Shown one piece after another: positions 1 to 14,420 of a stretch of 64,000 bases of DNA (its first letter is position 1; every line of letters begins with the position of its first letter). This DNA is from Octopus vulgaris. Its lineage: Eukaryota. The stretch covers positions 21,514,001-21,578,000 of the forward strand of contig OX597817.1 of the NCBI GenBank assembly GCA_951406725.2, given 5' to 3'. Below the pieces are notes generated by a model that did no database searches, had not been told where the DNA came from, and worked only from the letters and a program-made list of their open reading frames with translations. The position numbers were made by a program, and so were the translations under genes.

Positions 1-2678
1 TTTCACATAAATTACTCGACGTTTGACAAGAGATTGTTGGTTTTCTGATATAATTAAATACGAAACAGATTTTCAACCGAGGAACAAGAGTGTAGTTCAC
101 TCAGTCTTTCGCGGTCATTTCTATCTAATTTAAATCTAGAGTGAAATTTTGAAGAAGTATATTTTTATGCCCGTATAATCATTCTTACACTACACGCCAA
201 TAATTATATATATAATCGTTCAATGACTTTAATTAAGATTCACTGTGAGCTAGACAGAAAATATCAATTTCGTGCCAACCGTTTCTAATATAAAGCAAAT
301 GATGTGTAATTCATTGTAGAATATTACAGTTGAGAGACAGTATTGCCTACTAAGTCTGTAATAAAACATGCAGACTAGTCCAACCTCTCACTTTCAATTA
401 CATCTACTGTATTGTTGTAATCGTATTTAGTTGACCATCAACAAGTGAGCTCACATGGTGCACATTATGCATCCAAACATAGGATGAAAGACTTTCCACA
501 TAAATCTATGCCGTGTTTCTCTCCGCACTTGTGTATCTAGGACTACGTCAGCCATGATAGTTAACATGGAGACGGACTACTCAGTTTCTTTTAGCGAAAC
601 AAAGCGAGGTCTCAATTAAAATACTAATTTGATAATGTAACATCCTCAGTATGTTTTATTTTTCATAAGAAATTTTAAATCTGAATCTTGAAAGCATCTA
701 CAGTTTGACTGACCTAACACAGGCGCGCCAATATGCGATTATCTGGTACTTGTTCGTTCCGCAAGCTATTACCGACAAATATTTCATGCGTCACAGTTTT
801 CCATTTTTCGTCTTTATCTATTGAAATCAGAATTCATCGAATGAGTTGATGAGTACTGGCTTGGAACTAAGCAAGAAGACCAACAGTATCAATTTCTGCA
901 TGATCAGCACTTTTACTGCACACAATTCTCAAAGCTAAATCAGTAGTAGTATTTCACTATGTTCGGAAACTACAATACTGACCTCAGTGAAACATATTTG
1001 GCGTCTTTTCAATAATCATTCTAATTATTTGCAAAATGCCTGTACATATATTACTTTGACTCGATGCAAGTGTACATATTTTCTGGGAAGAGAATGTAAA
1101 TATGGAAAGTGAACGTGCATGTACATCTCAATTATATAGATATCCTTTTAACAGAAAATATAATTCTGTAGGTAAATTATTTCTTACATTGAGCTTAGTA
1201 TGTGAATAAATTTATCTGTACAATCGATTACTTTTCAGTATTTTTAAATAAAGTGTATCTATTATTACAAGTTTATAAGTATTTGAGTTAAACGAATATA
1301 TAATAGTAACTGGATAATGCATGACTTTCTGAAGACTGTCAGTAATCTGAAGCGAAAAGAAATGCTTCTTAAACGATGAGACTCTCATCTAAAGGGAAAG
1401 CCAGTATATAAGTGGGAAAAATGACACCTACTATAAATTGCCTATTCACCAAGAAAGTTTGAAAATGAAATTTCGTCATATGCAGAAGATCATAAATATA
1501 CAAAGCTTGGATTATGGATGTATACCAGGTTGTTACAAAGTCAATTGCATGCAAAAGTAAAGGAAATTTGCTACGATTAAGAATAGAGAACGAATGACAA
1601 TGTCAATTTATAATTCCTTGGTTTTAAATATATTCAAATGAAAGACCTATAATGTCTATATATTACAAGTAGTAACTAATGTATCCGTTTCTATATGCTA
1701 CGACTTCACATATTCAACGGCAGAATCACAACTGATAAAGACAGCTTCAAACACTAAATATCTATTGCGCTATGCTTATAAAACTTTTTTCTAGGACATT
1801 TTACAAAGGCTTCAACAAGTTTGTGAGTGGAGATTTTTCTACAAGAGAAACTCAAGTTCAAAAGACATATTTCATATATTGATATTTCTTATCTGAACTA
1901 ACATGCCGGCTATTTACCAGAAAAGAAAAAAAAAGCTTTTGTTTTTTCAAATTTATGGACAGAGCAGAAATTCAAATGCTAAGGAAATATAAAAGTGTTA
2001 TTATGTGTGTTCTGCATATGTATTTTGTGCATGTGTGTTTGCATGAGTGTGTGGTTTTTATGTGTTTGAGCGTGTCTGTAGGATTTTCGGTGCGTATTTA
2101 TGTGTGTGTGTTTGTGTTCGTACATGCAGGTATGTGTGGCTTTGTCAGAGAAGAAAGGAAAATACGCATGAATGAAGTAAGTGGATATTGAAAAATCGTC
2201 CGCGGAGAATGGGTTGCACAGACGTCACAAAAATGTACAGACTGAAGACATATACTGGTTACAGCAAATGAATTTCTCTAAAGATAGTTCAGGCTCACGT
2301 GTGTCTGTTGAATTGAGTGACGGGTACAAACTGACTCCGCAAAGCTTCTGCTTTACCCTTAAAACCTGTTCTACCTTTAAAATTCATTGACCCGAAACAC
2401 TACTGGCGTGAAATAGAATCGAATACGAATTCAATTAAATACGAAACGAACCCATAAAGAAAATATTCAACATCCAATTCAGATTAAAGTACTCGTATAT
2501 ATTTGTTACAATATTAATGTTAAAAAGATCTTGTTTTCAGCGAATAATAGATTAACAAAAACCGGAGATATGTGTACAATGGGGAACCTATTGTTATGTA
2601 TCAGAGACGGCTATGTGTAAGATGATGTTGCATATCCCAAGACAAAAACTCTCTCTATCTCTTTCTCCTCCACACCCC

Positions 2679-2689
<11 letters not shown>

Positions 2690-2735
<46 letters not shown>

Positions 2736-2755
2736 ATGATAATAATAATAATATT
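2690..2755. repeat. (TA)n followed by (AAT)n microsatellite
   Basis: Direct reading; preceded by a short (CA)n. Confidence 0.95.
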
Positions 2756-2859
2756 AGGGAGTAAATCAAAATAAACAGAGAAAATTAGATTTAAGATTAA
2801 ATCAAATTTCACAGTATAAATATAAATTATATTAGAAATAAAACCAGTATTCGGCAATT

Positions 2860-3047
2860 CGAGCTACTGATTCTTAAGACGAATTTCCTGGATTCTCTGC
2901 CTTACGCCCCACCCCTACGGATGGGACCCATCTCTGTCACAGGATTCCTCATTTTTGCAAGTTGTGTGGACTAGACCAACTTGAAATGAACTGCTTTCCT
3001 CAAGAACATAAAAGTATCACTCTAACCACCAAGTAACGCGCGTCCAC
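2860..3047 (-). mobile_element. Degenerate tRNA-derived SINE (family C), internally deleted
   Basis: Minus strand begins GTGGACGCGCGTTACTTGGTGGTTAGAG (A-box-like) and continues GTTCTTGAGGAAAGCAGTTCATTTCAAGTTGGTCTAGTCCAC. It aligns with the plus-strand copy at 41497-41722 (GTCCTTGAGCAAACAGTTTATTTCACATTGCTCCAGTTC). Confidence 0.7.
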
Positions 3048-3239
3048 ACAAACACACACGAGCGCGCGTTGTATGGACACTTAAGGAGCAGAGAACTATT
3101 GGGTGCCAGCAATGTTAAGCATCGGCTCTTGATTTTCACGACTACATACAGAGTGTTTAGGATGGAAACTATATTCTATGCTGATACGAACTAAAAAGCA
3201 GAAAAGAAATTTCAAAAACTGATTTCGATATTTTAATAA

Positions 3240-3770
3240 ATTTCAGAAAGAGCAACAATCCAACTTCAAATATTTTGTATTGATGCCTCTAGCCAGAAAT
3301 ATATATTTTAACAACTTGAAACTTATTAAGTACTTGAAGAAAGAGATCTACTGAAACTGTTCTGTGTTGTACAAAGTCACTGCTTTGTACCTGAAAAGAA
3401 CTCTCACGAATCATTAAACTTTTCCACATTTAAATTCTTAACGTCAAGGATTCCCTTTGAATCTTTAATGCTAGCAGTAAATAATTGGAAACTGGGAATT
3501 CATTTGTTGATAGGTATAGGTATAAAGTTGCTATCACGCACACATTTGAATAATTGATTTACAGAAGCGCAGAATTGCAGGTGATGTTGTAAAAGAAGGT
3601 GTACATTATGATAACGTGGTATTTAATGATTAAAATGAAATCTTATAACCCATCTAGTCATTCGCAAGTCATTTTCGACATGACAAGCAATAAATCTCAA
3701 AGGTAATCATTGAATAAAGTGTTTGTATGCACCAAAATATCTACTCGTAGACGGTCATTTCAAGACATTC
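3240..3770 (+). pseudogene. Highly decayed Helitron/Pif1-type helicase C-terminal relic
   Basis: 3674-3721 translates FDMTSNKSQR*SLNKV, resembling the Pif1/Helitron motif FAMTINKSQGQSLxxV. Upstream ISERAT resembles LCERAIL. Many stops and frameshifts. Confidence 0.5.
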
Positions 3771-4382
3771 AGGCAAAAATTACCCACGTTACTTTAGATA
3801 TGGCCACATATCGAAAATACAGAGGAGCGTGCCCATGTCACCAATATTTTGCTCTTACAGCTTATTCCGGTTAATGTATGCAAAGTCAGATCACCCATTT
3901 CAAAATTTGTATCCATAAACTGTATTTAAGTATATTACGGGTAGGTCTTTTAAACACTTTGAACCAGTGGAGAGGGATTCAAAGAATTTCATGGTGTTCT
4001 ACCAAGTCCCATATGTTTTAATGTAATGGTAGGGACACTTTCATATCTACGGCGTACCTTTGTCATATTAAATTACATGGAGATCATCTTTCTCCTGAAA
4101 GAATCGTAGAAGATTTCTTCTAGACAGAAAAGAATGAAACATAAAAGGCGAAAACAAGATTCAACCATTCTATACGTACATCGTTTATTGACACTAGACA
4201 GGTGTCTATGCTAATCTAACTGAACAAGAAGCATTTTGAATTGGAGTGTACTAAACTGAGTATACAAAAAGACAGAATGACACTTGCTGACCGTATGCAA
4301 AATGGCATTTGCATAGAGTTTATTCGTAATTTTTTTCTGTTCAATTTTCTGTTACACATATTTAGTAAAAAAGGATTGGCTT

Positions 4383-4386
<4 letters not shown>

Positions 4387-4455
<69 letters not shown>
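4387..4455. repeat. (TA)n(GA)n compound microsatellite
   Basis: Direct reading. Confidence 0.95.
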
Positions 4456-4459
<4 letters not shown>

Positions 4460-4576
4460 CAGTGTGTTCAAGAGCGGAACTTCAACATTGCTAAGACAGT
4501 TAGTTAACTAACAGGCTGAAGGGGATTTAAAGTTTCGTTTTAGGTATGTTTTAACATATATGTACATGTATATATA

Positions 4577-5521
4577 TATGTTTTCGTTTCTCATTGAGTT
4601 CGACGTTTTTTTGGTGTCCTGGCCTCATGGATGCGTGTATATATACATGTAGAGGTACATACGTACATATATGTATATATATGCATATGCTTTATTTATT
4701 AATATATTATATGACGGAACGCACGCATCCCTTTCTAAGTAAGATTGTTCTTGATGTTAATTTTGATGTGCATTTTTAACCTTTCTGTCCCAACCCTTTC
4801 TCAGCCTTCATTCTTTGATTTCCTTTTCTTCTACTTAACTGTCTCTCCCTCTCTCTCATTCTTCACTCTCTCTCTCCCTCTCTCTCATTCTTCATTATTT
4901 CTGGTTCCCTCACAACCATTCCCCTTTTTTCTTTCCCTTTCTCTTGCTCCTCCTCTTCCTTCCCGTCGTTGACCAACGACGAGAACTCTGCTACTGTCTT
5001 TCTGGCCTGACTTCCTTGAAGTCTAGACGGCATTTTCTGTTGCTCCTTCGCTGTTCTCAAAAATAGCGTTCGTAATACTTTTTCTCGTTCAGCTTAACAG
5101 CCCTTCTTGTCTTGTTATTTTCATTGTCCTGTCTTTTACTGCTTATATTTTGTAGTGTCGTTACTGTCCTGTTTTTGTTCCCATTTTTACCCCTCTGCAA
5201 AAAGGTCTCGACTTTTATTTGATTTGCTTTTCGCAGGAAGGAAAGTTTCTATCGAAGATACGTCTCGCCTTCACCTTCGAAACGTAGAGTAGATGAAACC
5301 ATGGTGACTGAAGAAGGGTTTTTTTTTCCTTGTGTTATTTGTCCTGTACTCTATTTTTTGTTGTTTAAGAAAAATGTCCAGTTCCTTGGGTTTGTGTCTA
5401 TGTTTTCGTTTCTCATTGGGTTCGACGATTTTTTTTGTGTCCTGTACTCATATATGCGTGTATATATACATGTAGATGTAAGTACGTACATATATGTATA
5501 TATATATGCATATGTTTTATT

Positions 5522-5523
<2 letters not shown>
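4577..5523 (+). mobile_element. Non-coding repeat unit of about 822 bp with a terminal direct repeat of about 120 bp; possible non-autonomous Penelope-like element
   Basis: TATGTTTTCGTTTCTCATTG(A/G)GTTCGACG...TGCGTGTATATATACATGTAGA...GCATATG(C/T)TTTATTTA occurs at 4577-4700 and again at 5399-5523. The interior is pyrimidine-rich. A degenerate hammerhead-like string (CGAAGA...CGAAACGTA) lies at about 5248-5292. Confidence 0.5.
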
Positions 5524-5562
<39 letters not shown>

Positions 5563-5986
5563 TGTGTATAAATGTATAAGTATATACATTCATAAATACA
5601 TATATATATATATATATAATGTGTGTCTATGCATATGATTTTTGTTCCCTGTGTGTGAGTGTATTTCTAAAGAAGTTTTCGCAAGCGTTTCTGGGAGTAG
5701 TTACAGTATGAAATGAACTTTGAACGATCTAGGTAATTCATACAGGAAAACACGGGGCAAATTGTGAATAATGGCGTTTGTAGTAAAAGATAGGTACTTA
5801 TTCCAGTCACCTTGTTTTCATTCAATATATATATCTTGGAATTCTAAGTCTCTCTCTCTCTGCTTAAGCGTTTATTTCTTGCCCACTCAATTACTATCGC
5901 CTCGCTTTTTGTCTCTTATTCTATCCCTTTCTTTCACCTTTTCTGTGTTGGTGTTTATTTATATATTATATGTATTAATGTATGTA

Positions 5987-6033
<47 letters not shown>

Positions 6034-6194
6034 TATAGATATATATAGATATTTTTATATATGTGTATAGTTATATATATATACACACACTCATATATAT
6101 ATATATATTATATGTATCAATGTATATATGTATGTATATATGTATATATATTATTATTTATAGATATATATAGATATTTGCATATATGTGTATA

Positions 6195-6230
<36 letters not shown>

Positions 6231-6556
6231 CATACATACATATATATATGTATATGAATAAGATCTATTACTTTCACCCTGTTGCTTTGTTTCTCTCATC
6301 TATTTGTTTCACTCTTTGTCTATTTCCATTCCATCGTTGATTCCATCCTATTACTGTTTCTAGAGAAACTCCGTCGACCTCTACACACAACCTGCTTGCC
6401 GTACACATAAATCAATAGCACCAGCTAGTCATTTATGGCCATTCACGACAGTTTTATTACACAAAGCTACAAACTTCCCTCGGCTCAAGACTCTTGTGTG
6501 ATAGAGCTTGAATTTAACAGCTTACGGTGAGGTATCTCCCAGGAGAAAAGTTGCCA

Positions 6557-6587
<31 letters not shown>

Positions 6588-6678
6588 CTTATATATATAT
6601 ACACATACGTAGCCATATACTTATAAATACTATCATAGTGATATTTATATACTTGGTGCGCATGCGTGCACACCACAT

Positions 6679-6732
<54 letters not shown>

Positions 6733-7138
6733 CTGTATTGGTTTTCAGTAATAGCAAACAATATAAATGATAGGAATTTTAAATATTGCAAGTATGTTTG
6801 TATACACCCAAATGTACACATATACGTTATGATTACTTAGACGCTTTTTCAAATATATAGATTTCTACAGACGCCCTTGGTCGAAACACATTTCATTCTG
6901 CCTCACTCGAGCACACACTCACACACACGCATATTCATTTGTGTGTGGGCTTGTGAACATACACATCACACAAACACACACACATACATACGTAAATACA
7001 TCGGCAAATGAACACACCTATGTCTTGTATTTGTATATGTTTAAATAAGGGTATACACACATGCGCGTTTGTATATACATTTATATTCCTGTCTATCTCT
7101 CTGTATCTCCTGATATACATACATACATGCATACATAC

Positions 7139-7173
<35 letters not shown>

Positions 7174-7683
7174 CATTACTACGTAATAGACACAATACAT
7201 GTTTTCTGTGCTACTGATAAGTTCTTATAATGTGAAACATCTCAGATATAGTCATGAGGCACAAACCACACATTATAACGAACTAAAAATTGAGTCAGAG
7301 AAAAATCGCCAAAGTTGAAAAGGAAGCATATAGAAAGAGGGAAAGTTTAGAAAACTGAAAACGAAAAAAGGGAATCGAAAAAGTAAAATGTAAAAATTAA
7401 AAGCTGTAAAGGAAACAATCCTCCTTAGACTATAGATTTAAGGCTGGAATTATTTCAATAACTTAATAAGGAACAAGCTGAATCTTACAATTCTTCAAAA
7501 TGTAAGTAGAAAAAAATCTTTACAACTTCTACATATTTCATACTTAGAGTTCAGAAGCGAGTAAGGGATCTTAGATCTAAAAATGATCTGTGTTCTTTCA
7601 GCTAAACATATCTTGCATTTATTTGATTTATTAACATAAGGTGTAGATGTCTCCATTCATTTCCCCTGGATCCAATATACCAT

Positions 7684-8082
7684 CATTTTCTACTCTAGGC
7701 ACAAAGCCCGAAAGTTTTGGGGTGGGGGCCAGTCGATTAGGTCGACCCTCAGCGCGTAACTGGTACTTAATTTATTTACCCCGATTGGATGAAAGACAAA
7801 ATCGACCTCGGCAGAATATTGAACTCAGAGTGTAAGACAGACGAAACACCTATTTCTTTACTGCCCACAAGGGGCTACACACAGAGGGGACAAACAAGGA
7901 CAGACAAAGGGATTAGTTCGATTAAAGCGACTCCAGTGCGTAACTGGTACTTAATATATCGACCTCGAAAGGATGAAAAGCAAAGTCGACCTCGGCGGAA
8001 TTTGAACTCAGAACGTATCGGCAGAGGAAATACGTCTACGCATTTCGCCCAGCGTGCTAACGTTTCTGCCAGCTCGCCGCGT
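7684..8082 (-). mobile_element. tRNA-derived SINE family A, dimeric form (head-core-tailA-core-tailB)
   Basis: Minus strand starts GCGGCGAGCTGGCAGAAACGTTAGCACG and has B-box GAGTTCAAATTCC. The core resembling GTCGACTTTGCYTTTCATCC appears twice. Ends CCTAGAGTAGAAAA. Confidence 0.9.
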
Positions 8083-8257
8083 TAATCACACTGCATTAGA
8101 TTTCAAACCTTATATGTGGCTAGTGAACTTAGTAGCTTTTTTCTTATGTTGGATTGAGTCTACGTGTTTGGCATTCTCCTTCACATAATCAAACATAGGT
8201 CATCTTATTTGTTGTAGTATCATCTACTATTTTCTGATTAATATTACTGGAGTTATT

Positions 8258-8560
8258 AGGTGGTTAGTTGGTATCTCGTCTGCCGTTATGTTCTGAGTTC
8301 AAATTCCGCCGAGGTCGACTTTGCCTTTCATCCTTTCGGGGTCGATTAAATAAGTACCAGTTACGCACTGGGGTCAATATAATCGACTTTCCCTTTGTCT
8401 GTCCTTGTTTGTTCCCTCTGTATTTAGCCCCTTGTGGGTAGTAAAGAATTAGAAATAGGTATTTCGTCTGTCTTTACGTTCTGAGTTCAAATTATGTCGA
8501 GATTGAGTTTGTCTTTCATCCTTTTGGGATCGATAAATTAAATACCAGTTGCGAACCAGT
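8258..8560 (+). mobile_element. tRNA-derived SINE family A, dimeric form with head partly deleted
   Basis: GTTCTGAGTTCAAATTCCGCCGAGGTCGACTTTGCCTTTCATCCTTTCGGGGTCG, then the same tailA/second-core junction (GTAAAGAA..AAATAGGTATTTCGTCTG) as the copy at 7684-8082. Confidence 0.9.
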
Positions 8561-9124
8561 GCTTAGATTAGAAACGAATATTAGTGGATTTATGTATAAC
8601 TAGATCTATTATTCTGATTATTATTAGAGGGATTATATATTAAAATCTACCTTTGAAGCAACTATTGGATAGGGCATTGTTATAGCAGGAGGCTTCTATC
8701 TCAAAAATGTGTTTTGAGGAAGTGAGATTAGACACTGTCATTAATATTAGATATAAGGCTTTTAAAAATTAGACGAGGGTGATTAGATTGTTTATGTATA
8801 TAGGCGAGTTTTTCATTTGTCTTCTGTAATGGATTATAGGAGGAGGAATTCAAGTGTAGGTAAATATCTAGTGTTTATACTTTTTGTGTTCCTTTCGTCG
8901 TTTCCCGTTTTTACACCTTCCACGTTTTCACCTTTTTTCTCTCGTTCAATTTTTAATTTGTTATGATGTATGTTTTGTGGCTGATGATTACGTTTGATGT
9001 ATTTTTCAACATATGAAACTATTTGTAGCACATAAAATCATGTATTGTGTCTTTTAAATAATATTTATCTCTCGCCAGATGGAATACTTTTTTCTTGATC
9101 TTACCATCACAGATGAGTTCATTA

Positions 9125-9155
<31 letters not shown>

Positions 9156-9648
9156 GTATATGTATATATGTGTGTGTGTGTGTGTATGTATTTATATATC
9201 ATTTATTATTTAGCTGCATTCAAGTATTAAATACGTGTAAGGTTTGCGGACATACATGCGGAAACTATTGCTAATACGTACTTTATATTTTGTCTTTACG
9301 AAAACAAAAATTATGGTTCATATTGCATTTGAGACCATTGTTTATGACATGATAAATTAGCTACATAGAACGTAAACCAATGCTTGTAGCTACTATCGGT
9401 AAAATTTCGGCATAGACCGAAAGTATATCATACTTACCCCGATCATTCGTTTTGAGGGATTCCTATTTAGGCAGCCATGGGCTAACATTCTACCATTGAG
9501 AAATCGTATTTAATTTTTCTTGCCTACATTCAGAATTCGTATTTAATTTTTCTTGCACACCTGTTTAAGCTCTTTTAGTACAATCGTTTTAATAACCGGC
9601 AACACTGAACCTAGATTCATGAAGCATAAAATATATTCATGAAAGTGT

Positions 9649-9704
<56 letters not shown>

Positions 9705-10624
9705 TTATATATATATACATGTATCTTCGTTTCTGTGTGAATCTATGTGTATATATATATATACACATACATGCATACATACACATATATATGTGCATAT
9801 GTTTGTGTTTAGAGAGAGAGAGAGTGTGTGTGACAGACAGACATAGTTAGAGAAAGAGAGAGGAAGAGAGAGAGAAATATACTGCATGTGTATGCATACT
9901 TTTTGAGATATATATTAATGCTGCATATACTAAAAAGATGCTGAACACAGGGCGAATATCATCACATGATGTTTTCGTCTAATTGAAGTTTCTATATTGC
10001 ACGTTATTCATTATTTTAATTCTTCCGTTTTTATTTCATAGTAGAATATTTTTCACAATGTTATTCTCGTTGACTTCCAAATGTTATTTCGTTAATGTAA
10101 GTTTAAATTCTTTTTTCGTATATCTCGTTACCAATTTTTAACAGTTTTTTTCTTTCTTATTCTTGATTTGTTTCACGCTACTTCACACAAACTATATTAT
10201 ATGCATCCAATTACTGCTGCCATTGCAGTAATTTTATATAATTTTACGCTATATTGTATTTTTGCTTCATTTTTATTTTCATTTTTCTTGAAAATAATAT
10301 ATTCCATAATTTAAAATCAATAGTATATGCATCTGCTTTATTTGTTCAAAGTTTTGTTGTAGCAAGATTCGTTGCAAGTGAATAAAACAACTGTATGATT
10401 TGTAGTAATAATTCTAATGTTCGGTTTCATTCCTATTTGTTGCATTAATATGTAAGTTCAAACAGTTACTACTAATTTAGCACCTCTTTCAATAATTATT
10501 TTGATCTGAAGCTAGACAAATGTTTTGGGCAATTTGGACAAGTTTTCCCGGACAACGAGGTCAATAGCATTTTCAATTTAGGTAAAGTTGAAATTTTTCT
10601 AAAACAATATTTTAACACTGCTAA

Positions 10625-10835
10625 GGCGGCGAGCTGGCAGAAACGTCAGCGCGCCGGGCGAAATGCGTAGCCGTATTTCGTCTGCCGTTACGTTCTGAGT
10701 TCAAATTCCACCGGGATCGACTTTGCCTTTCATCCTTTCGGGGTCGATAAATTAAGTACTAGTTACGTGATGGGGTCGATGTAATCGACTGGCCCCTCCC
10801 CCAAAATTTCGGTCCTTCTTCTTAGAGTAGAAAAG
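10625..10835 (+). mobile_element. Full-length SINE family A monomer (tailB) with target-site duplication
   Basis: GGCGGCGAGCTGGCAGAAACG...GAGTTCAAATTCC...AGAGTAGAAAAG. Flanks AATATTTTAACACTGCT (10606-10622) and AATATTTTAATATTGCT (10836-10852). Confidence 0.93.
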
Positions 10836-11828
10836 AATATTTTAATATTGCTGAATTCGGTATGTGACTCTCTTCATACCAATAAATAAACCATTATTTT
10901 CAAGTGAAGGGTAACGAGTGTGGTTGTGTCTAATCTATCACTTTGTTGTTGTTTTTCGTTATTGGTTCTCTTTCATCTATGACTGTGTAGCCACATAATC
11001 AAAGACATACGATCTGTATCATGTCCCATTTACGCACAACAAATTCGTCTGTTTTCAGAAAAAAAACCTTATAATATACCCTGATAGAATTTAGCTGCTA
11101 TGTCTAGCAGATTTAGAGATTGCGTGGATGATTTCTTTTAGTCTCGGCCTATTATATACAAGATTATTCGAGAAGCAAATGCATTTGGTGAACAACTTTA
11201 ATATCTAAGTAATACACGATCTAACCTAGAACGGTATCTCACGCAAACCGCTTATACATGTCTCAAATTTTAATCATTGTAGTTTCAACATTGGGTTCCC
11301 TGGCATTAATATATATTTTCTCTTGGCTCACAAAATGTCATAATCTGTTAAAATGCCCCTGTAATCAAATGTTCTCTTAAAGAAAGAGAACATACCGATA
11401 ATATACATAGTGTAGGTATAGCTTCTTCAAAGTGTTCCGATCATGGGTCTGTTTGATCAACATTGGCATAGCGTTAAGCATAAAAATCTAATATACCCGC
11501 GTTTTTAAGGCGGCGATGTAGCAGGAACTTTAGGATATCAGGCGAAATGTGAGTTTCGATGACGGTGTAAAGACCCTGTTATCTCATGCTGAAAGATTTC
11601 ATGCAGCTAAGCTTAATCAAAGAAACTTACTGGCAGATTTGCAGTAAAGATAATTTCAGAAAAACCAATATGTAAAGTTGAATAAGTTCAATCGCAGGGG
11701 GGCTTAAGTTATGTGGAAACAGAAAAAAAAAATCCACAATTCAAGTACATATTGAAAAGTTTTTTCCTGAACCCTTTCAAAGCAGCATGTATGCACACAC
11801 AAACACGCACACAAACACACACACACAA

Positions 11829-11859
<31 letters not shown>

Positions 11860-11866
11860 CATATAT

Positions 11867-12306
<440 letters not shown>

Positions 12307-12374
12307 ACAGAAACACATATCTATAAACATATATAGAGATACAAACGCACGTACAAACATATATTAGTATCGAA

Positions 12375-12560
12375 TTTTGGCCCAAAGACAACGAGATCAT
12401 TGCAGGAGGTAAGTCGATTATATCGTCCCCAGTGCCGACCCCAAAAGAATGATAGACGAAGTCGACCTCGTTACGATTTGTACTCACAACGAAATGACTG
12501 ATGAAATGCCGAGAAGCATCTTTCCTGGCGCGCTAACAATTCTGCAAATTCGTCACCTAA
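12375..12560 (-). mobile_element. Old, degenerate SINE family A copy
   Basis: TAAGTCGATTATATCGTCCCCAGTG...AAGTCGACCTCG...GCGCTAACAATTCTGCAAATTCGTCACCT aligns with the reverse complement of family A. Confidence 0.75.
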
Positions 12561-14129
12561 CACAGGCATTTATTTTAACTTTTGTGTTTATTTCAAGTCT
12601 CATATGAAAACAAGTTAGCATTAACCTGAAGGATTACTGGAGCTTTTTAAAATAAATTTTCGCTCACTCAGGAGATATTTTACACTGTTTCCTTGTAATA
12701 TTTATGAATTTTTTTTATACATACACACATGCACGCACACATATAATCCAAAGAATTTGGAGTCATTAAGGAGTGCAGTTGCACAGTTATTTTCAATCAC
12801 TACCATTTTTTCTTCGCAAGGCATTCCTCCATGCATACATGTAGTGCATTATGCAAACGTTTCGCTGCATTATGAGATCTAGTTGTGTTTCATCGGATGA
12901 TATGTAAATATTATCTCCGTATGCTCAAATCCTCTGAATCTGTCATGGCCTGAAGCCAGTAGTTGCCACTGTGTTTATCAACGTGTGTTGTTGCTGAAGA
13001 AACATTGAAAAACTACTTAGAATGTTTGGATGTAGTGTGATGATGATGATTCTGGCTCAGTTAATGTAGCGACCGTTTTAAAGGGGTGAGCATATTACTT
13101 ATTTGTAATGTTGCCTTTTTTTCAATTTCATGGTTAGTTGCACATGCGATTGCTTTTAGCTGACCATTAAGAATCGGCCCATACGCATACATTAGTTAGA
13201 TTATTTTTTATAAGCTTAAATTTACGATTGGAAATCCACAATTGTTACACTCCCTGTTCTTCGTTAAAATGATGACGACCTTCGAGCTATGAACAACTGT
13301 CGTTCTATACGTACATTAATATTTGTGGTATACGAATCTGTGCAATAAGTGAGACCTGAACTCCTCTTTTATATTTCATTGTACAAAAACATAATATGAT
13401 TTTATATGAAATATATGATAACTGGTGTTTTGCATTACAGAGGACGTCAAATATATATGTGCCAAATGATATATGAGCGATTATAACCATTTATGCATTA
13501 ACATTTTTAGTCTGTCATTCGTCTGCATTAAAAATTCATCGACTCACGAATAAAACTAAATAATCAAAATAAAATATTTGATTTCTTTTTTTACAGTTAG
13601 CTGCACATAGCATCTGATTTTCAATATTACCGAATTAATTCCAATAGAAGCATATATATTATTTAATTCCACTCTTCTAGTTGAGTGTCCTATTTGAAAT
13701 AATTTCATTATATCATCATTTATAATTTATGACGCAGGTCTGGAAATCTGTTTGATTTTATCATAACACACTAACTGATAGAAGCACGAAGCAGAATCAA
13801 AGTAAATAGAAAAAAAAAATGAAACTTCCACTAATGAAATTAGTGATCTGTACACTAATTTAACGTGAGAAGAGCGGCTATATATTTTTGTAGTTCCATT
13901 AAGATAGTTCCATACAAGAGAGTTCTATACAAGCGAGTGACTTTGCAATACGAAATTTTGTATAGTTGCATATTGACTTTCGAATTTATCAAAAAAGGGA
14001 ATGCTTAAAATGCTTATGCATTAGACTGTCAAAAATACAATTCGTCACTGACTGAGTTTATACTGTATACATGTCTCTGTATATGTGTGTGCATATGTGT
14101 GTGTATAAACAGGAATAAGGTTATGCATC

Positions 14130-14420
14130 TCTTAAATAATATAAACCTGAACGGTGATTCAAATTTCGCCGGCCTGAAGGATGAGTCTCTGCAGTAAATT
14201 TATTTTTATCATAATACATAGAACGAAAAAAAATATCCCATAGGCTCGTATTTCCAGGCTGGATCTCAAACGCTTTAAATAATACAACCAAATTACTACT
14301 TGGTATGATATCAGCTATCATAATATAGTTTTGCATCTTCCTCTGGGCATAATTGGGTGTTCCCCGGCATTAGTTGTAACGACAAATAACAACTGATAGG
14401 TTACTATAATTCGAAATGAT
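14130..14420 (-). pseudogene. Possible very decayed Tc1/mariner transposase catalytic region
   Basis: Minus-strand frames give GTPNYAQRKMQNY (compare DGAPAHTxKKTQ) and YEPMGYFFS (compare LNPMDYFFWS) in the expected order. Weak match. Confidence 0.3.

Noticed and set aside
700-950. Faint minus-strand transposase-like peptide (HAEIDT...ISIDKD)
   Set aside because: Too weak to assign without a profile search.
1321-1378. CTGAAGA...GAAA hammerhead-like string with stem III AGAA/TTCT
   Set aside because: Extra nucleotide before GAAA, bulged stem II and almost no stem I; plausible by chance in AT-rich DNA.
6020-6200. Repeat of TATTTATAGATATATATAGATATTT...ATATGTGTATAGTT with a period of about 125 bp
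   Set aside because: Slippage duplication within a (TA)n field; no further structure.
9504-9556. 20-bp direct repeat with a 33-bp period, superficially CRISPR-like
   Set aside because: Only two units in eukaryotic DNA with no cas genes; a simple local duplication.
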